From NCBI GenBank assembly GCA_002719295.1, contig PBHC01000012.1:9928-73927 (forward strand): a DNA stretch of 64,000 nt, in the 5' to 3' direction. The DNA comes from Chloroflexota bacterium (lineage in GTDB: Bacteria; Chloroflexota; Dehalococcoidia; Lucifugimonadales; Lucifugimonadaceae). Made by a program: the position numbers and the translations under genes. Below are positions 19,365 through 28,949 of this stretch, piece after piece. The notes under the pieces are model-generated. The model had not been told where the DNA came from and made no database searches. It worked only from the letters and a program-made list of their open reading frames with translations. Every line of letters starts with the position of its first letter. Within the stretch, counting starts at the first letter, position 1.

Positions 19365-20267
19365 ATGAAGAACTTAAATACAATTATGGTTCCTGCATCA
19401 TCTGCGAATTTAGGTTCGGGATTTGATGTTATTGGAGCATGCTTAAATGTTTGGAATGAGATTAATTTTAGAAAATCAAAGTTCAATATTGAAAATATTG
19501 GATTTGGATCTGAAACTTTGAATACCACAAAAGAAAATCTGATTTATAGGTCCTATGTACATACAACGAATATTTTAGGTGAAAAAGAAATAGAAGTTTC
19601 ACTAAAATGCCAAAATTCAATACCAACTTCTGGAGGCCTAGGAAGTAGTTCTTCCGCTGTAATAGCGGGTATTTTATTGGCATATTCAGTTCATAATATT
19701 GATTTAGATAATGATGATATTTTTCAAATAGCTTCTGACATTGAGGGTCATCCTGACAATGTTGGCCCTGCTTTATATGGTGGAATAACATTAGGATTTA
19801 AGGATTTAGAAAAATGGTATATTAGCAACATAAAATTTGATAAAAACTTAAAAATTGTTTCATTTGTTTCTGATCAAAAAATTCTTACAAGTGAATCAAG
19901 GGCTGCTTTACCAAACACAATTTCAAGAGAAGATGCAGTTTATAATATTACTCGTTCTGCATTATTAGTTAACTCTCTAAATACAAATGATTTTGCTCTT
20001 CTAAAATATGCATTTCAGGATAAGCTTCATGAACAGTATAGAACTCCTGAAATTAAAGGATTTTCAACTATTAGTAATGCAGCCATGAATGCAGGTGCAA
20101 TATCAACTTATCTATCTGGTTCAGGTCCTACTATTTCAGCTATTACTCTAGGAAAAGAGCTTACTATAAATTATGAGATGTTAGATGCTGCGAATAAGCT
20201 TAATCTTCCAGGAAATGGGATAATTTCTTCTATTTCTGAAAAAGGAGCATATGTTCTTGAAAAATAA
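19365..20267 (+). CDS. thrB: Homoserine kinase
   Basis: PASSANLGSGFD, GLGSSS, EGHPDNV, LSGSGPT. Confidence 0.94.
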   Translation: MKNLNTIMVPASSANLGSGFDVIGACLNVWNEINFRKSKFNIENIGFGSETLNTTKENLIYRSYVHTTNILGEKEIEVSLKCQNSIPTSGGLGSSSSAVIAGILLAYSVHNIDLDNDDIFQIASDIEGHPDNVGPALYGGITLGFKDLEKWYISNIKFDKNLKIVSFVSDQKILTSESRAALPNTISREDAVYNITRSALLVNSLNTNDFALLKYAFQDKLHEQYRTPEIKGFSTISNAAMNAGAISTYLSGSGPTISAITLGKELTINYEMLDAANKLNLPGNGIISSISEKGAYVLEK

Positions 20268-21483
20268 TATTGTTGTACAAAAATATGGTGGGACTTCCAT
20301 AGGTGATGTAGACAAGCTAAAACTGATCGCCAAAAAAGTAGTTGAAAAAAAATCTGAAGGATTTTTTCCAGTCGTTGTAGTGTCTGCTATGGGTAAAACC
20401 ACAGATGAATTGGTTGAGATGTCTGAAAAGGTTACATTTAACCAAACTGAACCAGACTTAAGAGAGAAAGATACATTGCTTTCAACAGGAGAGCTTGTTT
20501 CAGCTACCTTGCTTGCTATGTCTATTAAGTCTTTAGGAGAAGAGGTAATTAGCCTTTCAGGTCCTCAGGCAGGAATTTTTACGGACCAAATTCATGGTTC
20601 AGCAAGAATATCTGATATTAACACTGAAAGAATGTTGAATGAAATCAATAAAAATAAAATTTTGATTATAGCTGGATTTCAAGGAATAAATACCGAAGGA
20701 GATATTACTACTCTTGGCAGAGGAGGGTCTGATACGACAGCAGTAGCTTTAGCAGCGGCATTGAAAGCAGATGTGTGTGAAATTTTTACTGATGTAGAAG
20801 GTATTTATACTACTGACCCAAGGATTGTTTCAACTGCTAGGAAAATAAATTTTATTAACTATGAAGATATGCTTGAAATGGCTGTTTTAGGTGCAAAGAT
20901 GCATCCAAGATCTATTGAACTAGCATCTGTTTATGATGTCCCTGTGTATGTTGCAGGAACATTTTCTAAAACTAAGGGAACACTTATTGTAAAAGGAGAT
21001 AATATGGAGAACAACAAAACTGTTACAGGAATAGCGATTGATAAAAAAGTATCAAAGATAACTGTAAAAAAAATAAAAAATATACCAGGTACAGCTGCAT
21101 CTATATTGAAACCTTTATCCGATCAATCTATAAGCATAGATGTTATTGTCCAAAATATTCCTATGGATGGTTTTATTGACTTTTCTTTTTCTGTTTCAGA
21201 CGATGACTTGCAAAGAGCATATGATATTTTAATGGATCAAATAAATCTTGATTTTGAAGATATCATAAAAGGTAGTGGATTTGCAAAAATTAGTCTTGTA
21301 GGGACGGGAATGCAAAATGCTCCAGGCTATGCAACAGAAATGTTTAATGCTCTAGGAAATGAAAAAATAAATATAGAAATGATCACAACATCTGAAATAA
21401 GAATTACATGTCTTATAAGTGAAAATGATGTTAAATCTGCAGTTAATGCTTTACACTCGACATTTGAGTTAGATAAAGAGTAA
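20251..21483 (+). CDS. lysC: Aspartate kinase with two ACT domains
   Basis: VQKYGGTS, VVSAMG, TLGRGGSDTTA, TDVEGIYTTDPR, TSEIRIT. Confidence 0.95.
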   Translation: MFLKNNIVVQKYGGTSIGDVDKLKLIAKKVVEKKSEGFFPVVVVSAMGKTTDELVEMSEKVTFNQTEPDLREKDTLLSTGELVSATLLAMSIKSLGEEVISLSGPQAGIFTDQIHGSARISDINTERMLNEINKNKILIIAGFQGINTEGDITTLGRGGSDTTAVALAAALKADVCEIFTDVEGIYTTDPRIVSTARKINFINYEDMLEMAVLGAKMHPRSIELASVYDVPVYVAGTFSKTKGTLIVKGDNMENNKTVTGIAIDKKVSKITVKKIKNIPGTAASILKPLSDQSISIDVIVQNIPMDGFIDFSFSVSDDDLQRAYDILMDQINLDFEDIIKGSGFAKISLVGTGMQNAPGYATEMFNALGNEKINIEMITTSEIRITCLISENDVKSAVNALHSTFELDKE

Positions 21484-21487
21484 AAGC

Positions 21488-22642
21488 TTAGTCAGCTTTT
21501 ATAATTCCTTCATTTATTGAAAAATATTTACCGTCTTTTATATTTTTTTTGTCTATCAAAGAAATATCTGCTGTTGATAGTAAAATTTGATCAAAATCTA
21601 AAATTTCAGTTACAACTTTTTCTCTCATTTTTTCATCCAATTCTGAAAAAATATCATCCAAAATTAAAACAGGCTTTCTTTTTGTAATATTTCTTATTTC
21701 TTTTGCTTCAGATAATTTTAAAGATAGCGATATTATTCTTGATTGACCTCTAGAAGCAGTGATTGAAGCTGGGGCATCATTGAAAACTATGTCAAAATCA
21801 TCTCTGTGAGGACCTATAGTAGTTATTCTCTGGTCAATATCTCTTAGATGGGTTTTTTTCAATGATTCGTAAAATATTAGTTTTATCTCATCAATACTTG
21901 GTTCGTCCTCAAGAAATTTATTTTCAATATTTCTTCCCATTTTGGGTAAATATTTAATATTTAGATCAATTTTTTCATTAAAATTTTTAGCAAATTCATT
22001 GCTGCTTTTTCTAATAGTTTTTATTATTTTATTTCTTTCAAAAAAAATATTTGCTGCTTCTTCAGATAGCCTATTATCCCAAAATTCAATTTCTTTTTCG
22101 TTGCTTTTTCCGTCCTTGATATTTTTTAGTAGACTATTTCTTTGAAATAGTACTTTTTGATATCTTTGTAGGTTTTTTACATGATCATTATTGATTTGGC
22201 TAAGCAATATGTTTAAATATTTTCGCCTAATAAGAGGCGGGCCAGAAATTATTGAAATATCATCTGTATCAAAAAAAACTGAGTTAATATTTCCAACAAA
22301 TTCTTGATTAGATACTATTACTCCATTAATTCTGAAAGTCTTGACTAGGTCTGAACTTTTTGAAATATCATAATCTATTTGTGCCTTAATATTTCTGTTT
22401 TTTTCCTCTGCTATTCCTAATACTTGTGTGTGCCCTCCTGTTTCTAAAAGAGAATTATTTATTAGAAATTTATCATTTGAAACTCTTGAAGATTTTGCTA
22501 TAGATAAAAGATATATTCCTTCAAATAAATTACTTTTTCCTTGCCCATTGAGTCCAGAAAAAATATTAAACCCATCCTGAAGGTCTATAGAAGAATTTTT
22601 ATGATTTCTATAATTAGAAAGAGATAATGTTTTTATTTTTAT
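21488..22642 (-). CDS. recF: DNA replication/repair protein RecF (384 aa, apparent ATA start)
   Basis: The frame stays open 145 codons upstream of the ORF-track start: (M)KIKTLSLSNYRN, Walker A GLNGQGKSNL, GPPLIRRKYL. C-terminal GPHRDD, ASRGQSR, LILDDIFSELD. Confidence 0.92.
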   Translation of the reverse strand: MKIKTLSLSNYRNHKNSSIDLQDGFNIFSGLNGQGKSNLFEGIYLLSIAKSSRVSNDKFLINNSLLETGGHTQVLGIAEEKNRNIKAQIDYDISKSSDLVKTFRINGVIVSNQEFVGNINSVFFDTDDISIISGPPLIRRKYLNILLSQINNDHVKNLQRYQKVLFQRNSLLKNIKDGKSNEKEIEFWDNRLSEEAANIFFERNKIIKTIRKSSNEFAKNFNEKIDLNIKYLPKMGRNIENKFLEDEPSIDEIKLIFYESLKKTHLRDIDQRITTIGPHRDDFDIVFNDAPASITASRGQSRIISLSLKLSEAKEIRNITKRKPVLILDDIFSELDEKMREKVVTEILDFDQILLSTADISLIDKKNIKDGKYFSINEGIIKAD

Positions 22643-22738
22643 CTTTTAGCCCTATAAATACTTTTTTAATATGATAGTTTTTTATCTTTAGTAAGTATTT
22701 GTTTTTTAGCTTTATTTTTGTAATCAATTAATTATTTA

Positions 22739-23488
22739 ATGAATTATATGTATAAATCCGTAACAATTGATATATGGGAAACGATAATTGGGGAAAGAAA
22801 CTTTTCTTCTTTTTCTAAAACTAGAAGAGAAATTAAAACTAGGTATGCGTATGAATATTTATTAAAGTTTTCCAATAAAATTGACTATTCTAAAGTATCT
22901 TTGGCTCATGATTTTGTTGCTGATTCAATAAATAAATTTTCTAGATTTCATTCAGATAGACTTTTTTATGATTGGGTTGAGACTTTTATCAATAAAATAG
23001 ATAAAAATCTTATAAATAAATTAAATACTGAGGAAATCATTTCACTAGGTGATGAATTAGATAAAGCATTTTTAGAAAACCCTCCTGAAATTTTTGACGG
23101 AACGTATGAATTATTAGATTTTTGTAGAACTAAAGACTTGAGAATAGGAATAATTTCAAATACTGGATTTAATTCGCCTAAAGTATATCGAGAATTTTTT
23201 TCTAAAAATAATTTATTTTATGACACAATTTCTCTATCAAATGAATTAGGAACGGCTAAACCTCATTCAAAAATATTTTTAGAAACGATGAAAAACTTAG
23301 AAACGGATCCGGAAAATGCAATTCATTTTGGAGACAACCCTGTTGCAGATATTTTAGGAGCTTTGAATGTAGGCATGGAAGCTGTATTGATATCTAAAAA
23401 CAATTCAAAAAAACCAGTAAATGAAAAGCATAGAGCTGTCATAGATAATATATCTTTTTCAATTGATATTATTTCATCTTGGATTTAA
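22739..23488 (+). CDS. HAD-superfamily hydrolase
   Basis: DIWETI, IISNT, KPHSKIF, HFGDNPVADILGA. Confidence 0.85.
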   Translation: MNYMYKSVTIDIWETIIGERNFSSFSKTRREIKTRYAYEYLLKFSNKIDYSKVSLAHDFVADSINKFSRFHSDRLFYDWVETFINKIDKNLINKLNTEEIISLGDELDKAFLENPPEIFDGTYELLDFCRTKDLRIGIISNTGFNSPKVYREFFSKNNLFYDTISLSNELGTAKPHSKIFLETMKNLETDPENAIHFGDNPVADILGALNVGMEAVLISKNNSKKPVNEKHRAVIDNISFSIDIISSWI

Positions 23489-24169
23489 TCTTCTGTCTAA
23501 GAACAAAGAAGTTATGAAAAATAGAAAATTTATAATCACAAAAACAAGTAAAATAGCCAAGCAAACTTCTAAAAAGAATCTTTCAGGGAACATTATTAAT
23601 AAATAATCACTTCTAGGATCAAGAATCCATAAATCGTTCCTAAAAAAAATTTTATGAAACAAAATAAAAGTTGCATTAAAATTTATTATTATTCCAAACA
23701 AAATTATAATAAAAATACTACTCCAAATTAATAAAGATTTATAAACAATGTTAAAGAGAAAGCTAAATAATTGCTTAAAACCATTTTTATAAGAAATTAT
23801 TACAATGGCAAAAAATATAAAAAATAATGATATTTTTTCAAATAAAAGAGTTGCTTTTACTAGATTTTTTACATCAATCATATGGTCTATTTCCCTTTGA
23901 TTAAATAAATTGAAAACTGTTGTCCCTGGCTGTTGAAGAGAGATTTCTATTTTTTCTTGATCATCTTTAAAATAATCTTTTATTTGGTCAGATACTGAAT
24001 TGAGCTGGTCTTCATTTAAATTGGTTTTATATGAAATATTATTCCTTTCCCAATTAAATTCATAAATCCAATCAGAAAATGTTATCATTTCGAAACTAAT
24101 GGTTATTATAAAAGGAACCCAGAGAATATAAGTAAATATTTTCAATAAGGGGAAGATTTTTTTAGTCAT
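23474..24169 (-). CDS. TIGR01906/DUF1461 membrane protein, Lit (lipoprotein intramolecular transacylase)-like
   Basis: Four TM segments; EIDHMIDVK and LFHKIFFRNDLWILDP..DYLLIMFPERFF. Confidence 0.8.
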   Translation of the reverse strand: MTKKIFPLLKIFTYILWVPFIITISFEMITFSDWIYEFNWERNNISYKTNLNEDQLNSVSDQIKDYFKDDQEKIEISLQQPGTTVFNLFNQREIDHMIDVKNLVKATLLFEKISLFFIFFAIVIISYKNGFKQLFSFLFNIVYKSLLIWSSIFIIILFGIIINFNATFILFHKIFFRNDLWILDPRSDYLLIMFPERFFLEVCLAILLVFVIINFLFFITSLFLDRRLNPR

Positions 24170-24192
24170 ACAATATTATAACTTTTTAAATT

Positions 24193-24882
24193 ATGAAAAA
24201 AAACGACATCAATAAATTAGAAAAAATCATTGAAGAACTTAGATCCGAGAATGGATGCCCTTGGGATAGAGATCTTACATTAGAAAAATTATCCCAACTA
24301 ACTATTGGAGAATCATATGAATTATTAGATGCTGTTGAAAAAAAAGATAATAAAAAGATAATTGATGAGTTATCAGATCTTTTAACTCACATTATTTTTT
24401 ATTTTCAAATTGGAAGTTCTACAAATGAATTTAAAAAAAATAATATAATTGACCATGCTATTGAAAAACTTATTAATAGGCACCCTCATGTATTTGATAA
24501 ATCTTTCAAAAAAAAATTTAATACGCCTGAAGAAGTTGAACAAAACTGGAATTTTTTAAAAGGTAAAAAGGAACAACTTTCAGATGACTTAGATTTCAAT
24601 GGCCCATCAGGGATTTCGGCTGAAAGAATTATAAAAACTTTGATTGAACTTGGTATAACTCTCGATGAAAAAGAGATTACGAAAAACGAGTTAGAAAACC
24701 CAAAAAATTTATTGTTCTTTATTTATTTTTTGATGATCCAGAGAGGAGAAAATCCTGAACTTGAATTTAGAAGCAAGTTAGGAGAGATAAAAAAAGAAAT
24801 AAAAAAGTTAGAGAAAAAAGAAGGTTTAAGATTTGAACAGTTAGAAAAAAATAAGATTAAGCGAATTCTATTTCCTTATTAG
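24193..24882 (+). CDS. mazG: MazG nucleoside triphosphate pyrophosphohydrolase with divergent C-terminal half
   Basis: LRSENGCPWD, ESYELLDA, DELSDLL, KLINRHPHVF. Confidence 0.82.
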   Translation: MKKNDINKLEKIIEELRSENGCPWDRDLTLEKLSQLTIGESYELLDAVEKKDNKKIIDELSDLLTHIIFYFQIGSSTNEFKKNNIIDHAIEKLINRHPHVFDKSFKKKFNTPEEVEQNWNFLKGKKEQLSDDLDFNGPSGISAERIIKTLIELGITLDEKEITKNELENPKNLLFFIYFLMIQRGENPELEFRSKLGEIKKEIKKLEKKEGLRFEQLEKNKIKRILFPY

Positions 24883-25900
24883 ATTTCTTAATCGTTTCTC
24901 CAATTTTTCTAACAACTAAATTTTTATTTTCAGAAAGTTTTTTTTGAAAGTCTTTTGATTTATCTTTATCAACAGTAAATAGTAATCCTCCTGAAGTTTG
25001 AGGATCAAATAAAATCATTTTCTCAGAATTCTTTAGAGAATTATTCCATGTAATATTTGTATTGAAAAATTTTTCATTATTTATTGCTCCTGATGACCAA
25101 TTTTCTTCTATTGAAATTTCTAACAAACCTTCAATCAAAGGAATATCTGAAAAATTTAATTTAGCAGATATTTTACTTGCATTCAGTATATTTTTTAAAT
25201 GGCCTATAAGTCCGTATCCAGTTACATCAGTGCAAGCTTTTACTTTAAATTCCTTAGCTACTTCAGAAGCAGATTTATTTAATTCCAACATATAGGAAAT
25301 CCCATTAGGATAATCAGATAAATTTATATTTGAGTTTTTAGCAGCTGTTATTAAAATTCCATTTCCTAATGGTTTGGTTAGAATAATATCTTGATTTGGC
25401 TTAGCATTATCTAGCTTCATTAATTGCTTAGGCTCTATTTCTCCTATAACTGCTAGCCCATATTTGGGTTCATTATCGTTTATGGTATGCCCTCCAGCTA
25501 TTATTACATTTGCTTCATTCGCCTTGCTAATACCTCCATTAATAATTTCTTCAATAAATTTTTCTGGAATATTATCTGAAAAACAGCATATATTAAGTGC
25601 TAAGGTAGGGTTCCCACCCATCGCATATACATCAGAAATAGCATTTGCTGCAGAAATTTGACCAAATAAAAATGGATCATCAACTACGGGAGCAAAAAAA
25701 TCAGTAGTGAATATAATAGCTTTATCATCGGATATTTTGTAAACAGCAGCGTCATCTTTAGTTTTTTGATCAACTAAAATTTTGTCAGATGAAATTGATT
25801 TGTTTATCTGGCCCAGAACCCTGTCCAGTACTTCTATTGAAGCTTTTCCAGCTCAACCTCCGCAACTAGAAAAGTTTGTAAGTCTTATTTCTTTTTCCAT
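24857..25900 (-). CDS. selD: Selenophosphate synthetase SelD, selenoprotein (in-frame TGA at 25855-25853 = Sec16; 347 aa)
   Basis: ATG 25900: MEKEIRLTNFSSCGG-TGA-AGKAS...DDAAVY...TTDFFAPVVDDPFLFGQISAANAISDVYAMGG, continuing in frame into the ORF-track fragment (GGHT, TKPLG, TDVTGYGL, DPQTSGGLL). Confidence 0.93.
25808..25828 (-). promoter_or_regulatory. Putative bacterial SECIS hairpin in selD
   Basis: mRNA CUGG-A-CAG-GGUU-CUG-GG-CCAG. The loop begins with G and lies 32 nt after the UGA; the segment is conspicuously GC-rich in AT-rich DNA. Confidence 0.65.
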
Positions 25901-25967
25901 TTAATGTTTTTTTTAATTAAAAGTTATAGAATTTATATTATTCAGTGAACAAAAAATAAGGTAAATT

Positions 25968-27299
25968 ATGACAGAAAAGACCCAATTTTCAGGAAGTGAG
26001 ATATTTCCTAATAACACTTTTGTAAATCATAAAAATAATATTTCAATAGGAGGAGTTGATTTAGAAGAATTGGCTGATACTTATGGTACCCCATTATATG
26101 TTTACGATGAAGATACCATTTTGGCAACAATTAAAGATTTTCAAGAATCTTTTAAGTATGAGATTGAAAATAGTGTGATTTCATATTCAACTAAAGCATT
26201 TTCAAACCCATACTTACTTAAGTTATTAGATGATAATGGTATGAATATAGATGTTGTTACTGGTGGAGAATTAGCAATAGCAAAACACATAGAATTTCCT
26301 CCTGACAGAATAAATTTTCATGGTAATAATAAGTCTCCCCAAGAACTTAAGGACGCTATAGATTATGGAATTGGTCATATAACAATTGACTCATTCAATG
26401 AAATTGAAAACTTAAAAAATATAACAGAAGAATTAAAAACTAATCAGGATGTAATGTTAAGAGTATCTCCTTCAATTGATCCCCATACTCATTTATTGAC
26501 TACGACAGGCGTTCTAGATTCAAAATTTGGATTTTCTATTGAAACAGGCGATGCAGAGAAAGCAATTGAACAATTAATGAAAATTGACTCTCTGAATTTA
26601 TTAGGACTTCATTTTCATTTAGGCTCTCCTATTTTTGAACTGGAGCCTTATTCAGAAGCTATCGATTATGTTTATGATTTTGCAGCACAAATGAGAGATA
26701 AATATGGATTAGAAATGAAAGAATTTAGCCCTGGAGGTGGTTTCGCAATAGGATATGAGGTAGATAAACAACCTTTGCCTATTGCCGATTATGCAAAAGT
26801 TATAGGTGATTCAATTAAGAAATCTTGTGACACACATGATTTTAGTATTCCAAAAGTAATTCTTGAACCAGGAAGAGCCTTGGTAGGAAGATCTGGAATA
26901 AGTATTTATAGAATAGGATCAATTAAAACTATTCCTGGAGTTAGAAATTATGTATCTGTAGATGGAGGGATGGGGGATAATATTAGGCCTGCTCTTTATG
27001 GATCTGATTATTCAGTTTTCTCTGTTACTAAAACATTAGAAACAGCAAATAGAATGAAATCTACAATCTCAGGTAAATTTTGCGAATCAGGAGATTATCT
27101 TGCTAGAGATGTAGAAATTCCTGATCCAATGATTGATGATTTATTGGCATTGCCTGCTTCTGGAGCATATAATTTAGCCATGGCAAGTAATTACAATATG
27201 CAAGTCAGACCAGCTGTTGTAATGATAAAAAACGGATCCCATTTTTTGATTAGGAGAAGAGAAAGCTATGAGGATCTTTTAAGTACATCTATACTATGA
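25968..27299 (+). CDS. lysA: Diaminopimelate decarboxylase
   Basis: GTPLYVYD, YSTKAF, FHGNNKS, SKFG, HFHLGS, EPGRALV, CESGD, GAY..MASNYN. Confidence 0.95.
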   Translation: MTEKTQFSGSEIFPNNTFVNHKNNISIGGVDLEELADTYGTPLYVYDEDTILATIKDFQESFKYEIENSVISYSTKAFSNPYLLKLLDDNGMNIDVVTGGELAIAKHIEFPPDRINFHGNNKSPQELKDAIDYGIGHITIDSFNEIENLKNITEELKTNQDVMLRVSPSIDPHTHLLTTTGVLDSKFGFSIETGDAEKAIEQLMKIDSLNLLGLHFHLGSPIFELEPYSEAIDYVYDFAAQMRDKYGLEMKEFSPGGGFAIGYEVDKQPLPIADYAKVIGDSIKKSCDTHDFSIPKVILEPGRALVGRSGISIYRIGSIKTIPGVRNYVSVDGGMGDNIRPALYGSDYSVFSVTKTLETANRMKSTISGKFCESGDYLARDVEIPDPMIDDLLALPASGAYNLAMASNYNMQVRPAVVMIKNGSHFLIRRRESYEDLLSTSIL

Positions 27300-28315
27300 C
27301 GATTATTCATCAAAAAGCTTACAGCATTTTAGAAAATTCAATTAAAAAAAATTCTATATCTCATTTTTACATTTTTCATGGACCAAATAATGTAGGGAAA
27401 AAAAATCTTGCAATATCATTTGTCAAACTTTTACTTTGTGAAAATCAAGATCTAGATTCTAAAACTACTGATAATTGTCCAAGCTGTAAAAAAATAGACG
27501 AAGAAAAACATTTTGATGTTGTTTTTATGGATTCTAAGTCCTCAGTAGATGGAATAGATGAAAACAAATCAGATCAAATAAGATTGCCTCATGTTCAAGA
27601 AATCAGCAGAATTGCTAATTTAGGCCCATTTATGAGTAATTATAAAGTATTTATTTTAGATGCTGCAGAAAAATTAAATAATGAAGCTTCTAATGCATTT
27701 TTAAAGCTTTTAGAAGAGCCTCCAAAATCTTCTATATTTTTATTTTTGGTTAATGATTTGTCTTCCATTTATCCAACTATTTTATCTAGAGCTCAAAAAA
27801 TCAATGTTTTAGAAATAAGTAAAAAAGAAATTCATACACACATTTCAGGTAATTTTGATATAGATGATTCAATAATTAATAAAGTTATACATTTATCTCT
27901 AGGAAGAATAGAAGTTGCTGAAAAATTATCTTCAGATCCTTCATTGATTGATGGTTATTATGAATCTTATGATAGATTTGTTGAGTTTTGCAGAACGGAT
28001 ATAAGCGACAGAATGGATTTTGCTCAAAAATTTTCAACAAGATATAGAACTGATAGAAATGCAATATTTAAGGAATTAGATTTATGGATAGATTTTTGCA
28101 ATATTACAATGAATAATTTATATCAAGATGAAAAAGACTCAATCTTTGAAACAAAGTTAAGTGATATGTTTGATACTAAAGAAATTAATCATATTGTAAT
28201 AGAACTAATCAAAACAATTAGTAACTTAAAAAGTAATGCTAATCCTAGATTAGTGTTCGATGTAATGTCATTAAATTTACCTTTTTACCAGAAAGAAAAA
28301 TCACATGGCGTATAA
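27296..28315 (+). CDS. holB: DNA polymerase III delta-prime subunit
   Basis: HFYIFHGPNNVGK, CPSC, HFDV, KVFILDAAEKL, ASNAFLKLLEEPP, PTILSR. Confidence 0.88.
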   Translation: MTIIHQKAYSILENSIKKNSISHFYIFHGPNNVGKKNLAISFVKLLLCENQDLDSKTTDNCPSCKKIDEEKHFDVVFMDSKSSVDGIDENKSDQIRLPHVQEISRIANLGPFMSNYKVFILDAAEKLNNEASNAFLKLLEEPPKSSIFLFLVNDLSSIYPTILSRAQKINVLEISKKEIHTHISGNFDIDDSIINKVIHLSLGRIEVAEKLSSDPSLIDGYYESYDRFVEFCRTDISDRMDFAQKFSTRYRTDRNAIFKELDLWIDFCNITMNNLYQDEKDSIFETKLSDMFDTKEINHIVIELIKTISNLKSNANPRLVFDVMSLNLPFYQKEKSHGV

Positions 28316-28949
28316 ATCTATTGCTATTGACGGCCCAGCGGCATCTGGAAAATCTGCTGTAGGCAGACTATTGGCAGAGAAATTATCTTATGATTTTTTA
28401 GACACAGGTATTATGTATAGAGCCGTAACTTATATTATCCAAGAATTTCAAATAGAGCCTGTTAAAGCATCAAAATTATTTTTTGAATCTAAACTTGTAA
28501 TAGATTTTTCAAACCTTAACAATAAAATAATTTATCAAGATCAAGATATTTCAGATTTTTTATTCACTGACAAAATTGATTCAGAAGTTTCTGGATTTTC
28601 AAAAATTAAATCAGTAAGAGAAAATTTAGTTTTTGAACAAAAGAAAATTTCCAATAGTACGAATATTGTAATGGTTGGAAGGGATATAGGTACAAAAGTA
28701 CTTCAAAACAGTAACTTAAAGATTTATTTAGATGCATCAATTGATGTTAGAGCATTAAGACGATCGAAAGATGTAGAAAATTTATCAAAAAATGAAGTGA
28801 AAATTATGCTTGAATCAAGAGATGTTATTGATAAAAACAGATCAAATTCTCCTTTAGTTATTGATAGAAATGCATCTGTTATAAATACCGATAATCTTAC
28901 AATTGATCAAGTAGTAAGCAATATATTGAATCTATATAAATATGAGTAA
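28305..28949 (+). CDS. cmk: Cytidylate kinase
   Basis: IAIDGPAASGKS, DTGIMYRA, VMVGRDIGT, KIYLDAS. Confidence 0.94.
   Translation: MAYKSIAIDGPAASGKSAVGRLLAEKLSYDFLDTGIMYRAVTYIIQEFQIEPVKASKLFFESKLVIDFSNLNNKIIYQDQDISDFLFTDKIDSEVSGFSKIKSVRENLVFEQKKISNSTNIVMVGRDIGTKVLQNSNLKIYLDASIDVRALRRSKDVENLSKNEVKIMLESRDVIDKNRSNSPLVIDRNASVINTDNLTIDQVVSNILNLYKYE

Noticed and set aside
21488..22207. recF as an N-terminally truncated 239-aa gene
   Set aside because: The frame is open and conserved up to 22642, including Walker A.
24857..25900. selD as a pseudogene, or TGA reassigned genome-wide
   Set aside because: The single TGA sits at the catalytic Cys/Sec position with a downstream hairpin; TGA terminates lysA and dnaG and Trp is TGG elsewhere.
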